A DNA stretch of 27,276 bases, taken from Fidelibacterota bacterium. Its GTDB lineage: Bacteria > Fidelibacterota > Marinisomatia > Marinisomatales > UBA2128. Location of the stretch: NCBI GenBank assembly GCA_046861645.1, contig JBHHUM010000027.1:1-27276 (forward strand). The letters run 5' to 3'. A model generated the notes under the pieces. It was not told the origin of the DNA. It searched no databases and saw only the letters and a list, made by a program, of their open reading frames with translations. Shown here piece by piece: positions 27,132-27,276 of the stretch (positions are counted from its first letter, which is position 1; each line of letters begins with the position of its first letter). Made by a program: the position numbers and the translations under genes.

Positions 27132-27276
27132 ACCGACGAATATTACTGGTGAATAGAAATTCCAATCAATAGCTCTGAATTTGCCATCAGTCTTGTACAG
27201 CACATGTTGATTGACGGGAAAGAAGTACCTCTCGTCAAGCAGTGTTATCTTCGCTTACTACCATAACATCCAATGG

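Noticed and set aside
27204..27266. Short + strand ORF MLIDGKEVPLVKQCYLRLLP
   Set aside because: 20 codons, no SD, no evidence beyond looking protein-like.
1..27276. tRNA, rRNA, CRISPR array, prophage, defence or transposase genes
   Set aside because: No cloverleaf/T-loop signatures in the short intergenic gaps, no spaced direct repeats, and no ORF with matching motifs.

Overview
Gene-dense chromosomal window from a diderm bacterium. Gene content suggests the FCB superphylum, possibly Marinisomatota/Marinimicrobia-like; this is an inference and was not tested. It is mostly housekeeping and envelope genes on the minus strand, in four blocks: (1) lepA and a CPBP protease; (2) a coupled operon of a Zn-ribbon membrane protein, lgt, a beta-propeller, a 1129-aa outer-membrane protein, an Omp85 protein, rnr and a DUF4837-like lipoprotein; (3) rfbD, ppm1-like, GT2, wecA-like, accA, thioesterase, yhhQ and an acyltransferase; (4) a thiolase-like/DUF35/cupin module. 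The left end carries a PpiD-like gene, an alcohol dehydrogenase and a VAT-1-like oxidoreductase. No tRNA, rRNA, CRISPR array or transposase was seen. The best candidate for an uncharacterised system is the giant SprA-like barrel plus short Omp85 plus secreted propeller module. Other notable signals: a thiolase lacking its catalytic Cys paired with a DUF35 protein lacking all four Zn-ribbon Cys; a 14-nt promoter motif CTAWAYTCCGCCGY found before three transcription units, implying a leaderless lepA; an in-frame TAA splitting the PpiD-like gene; and a GT2 gene that appears to start at ATA.
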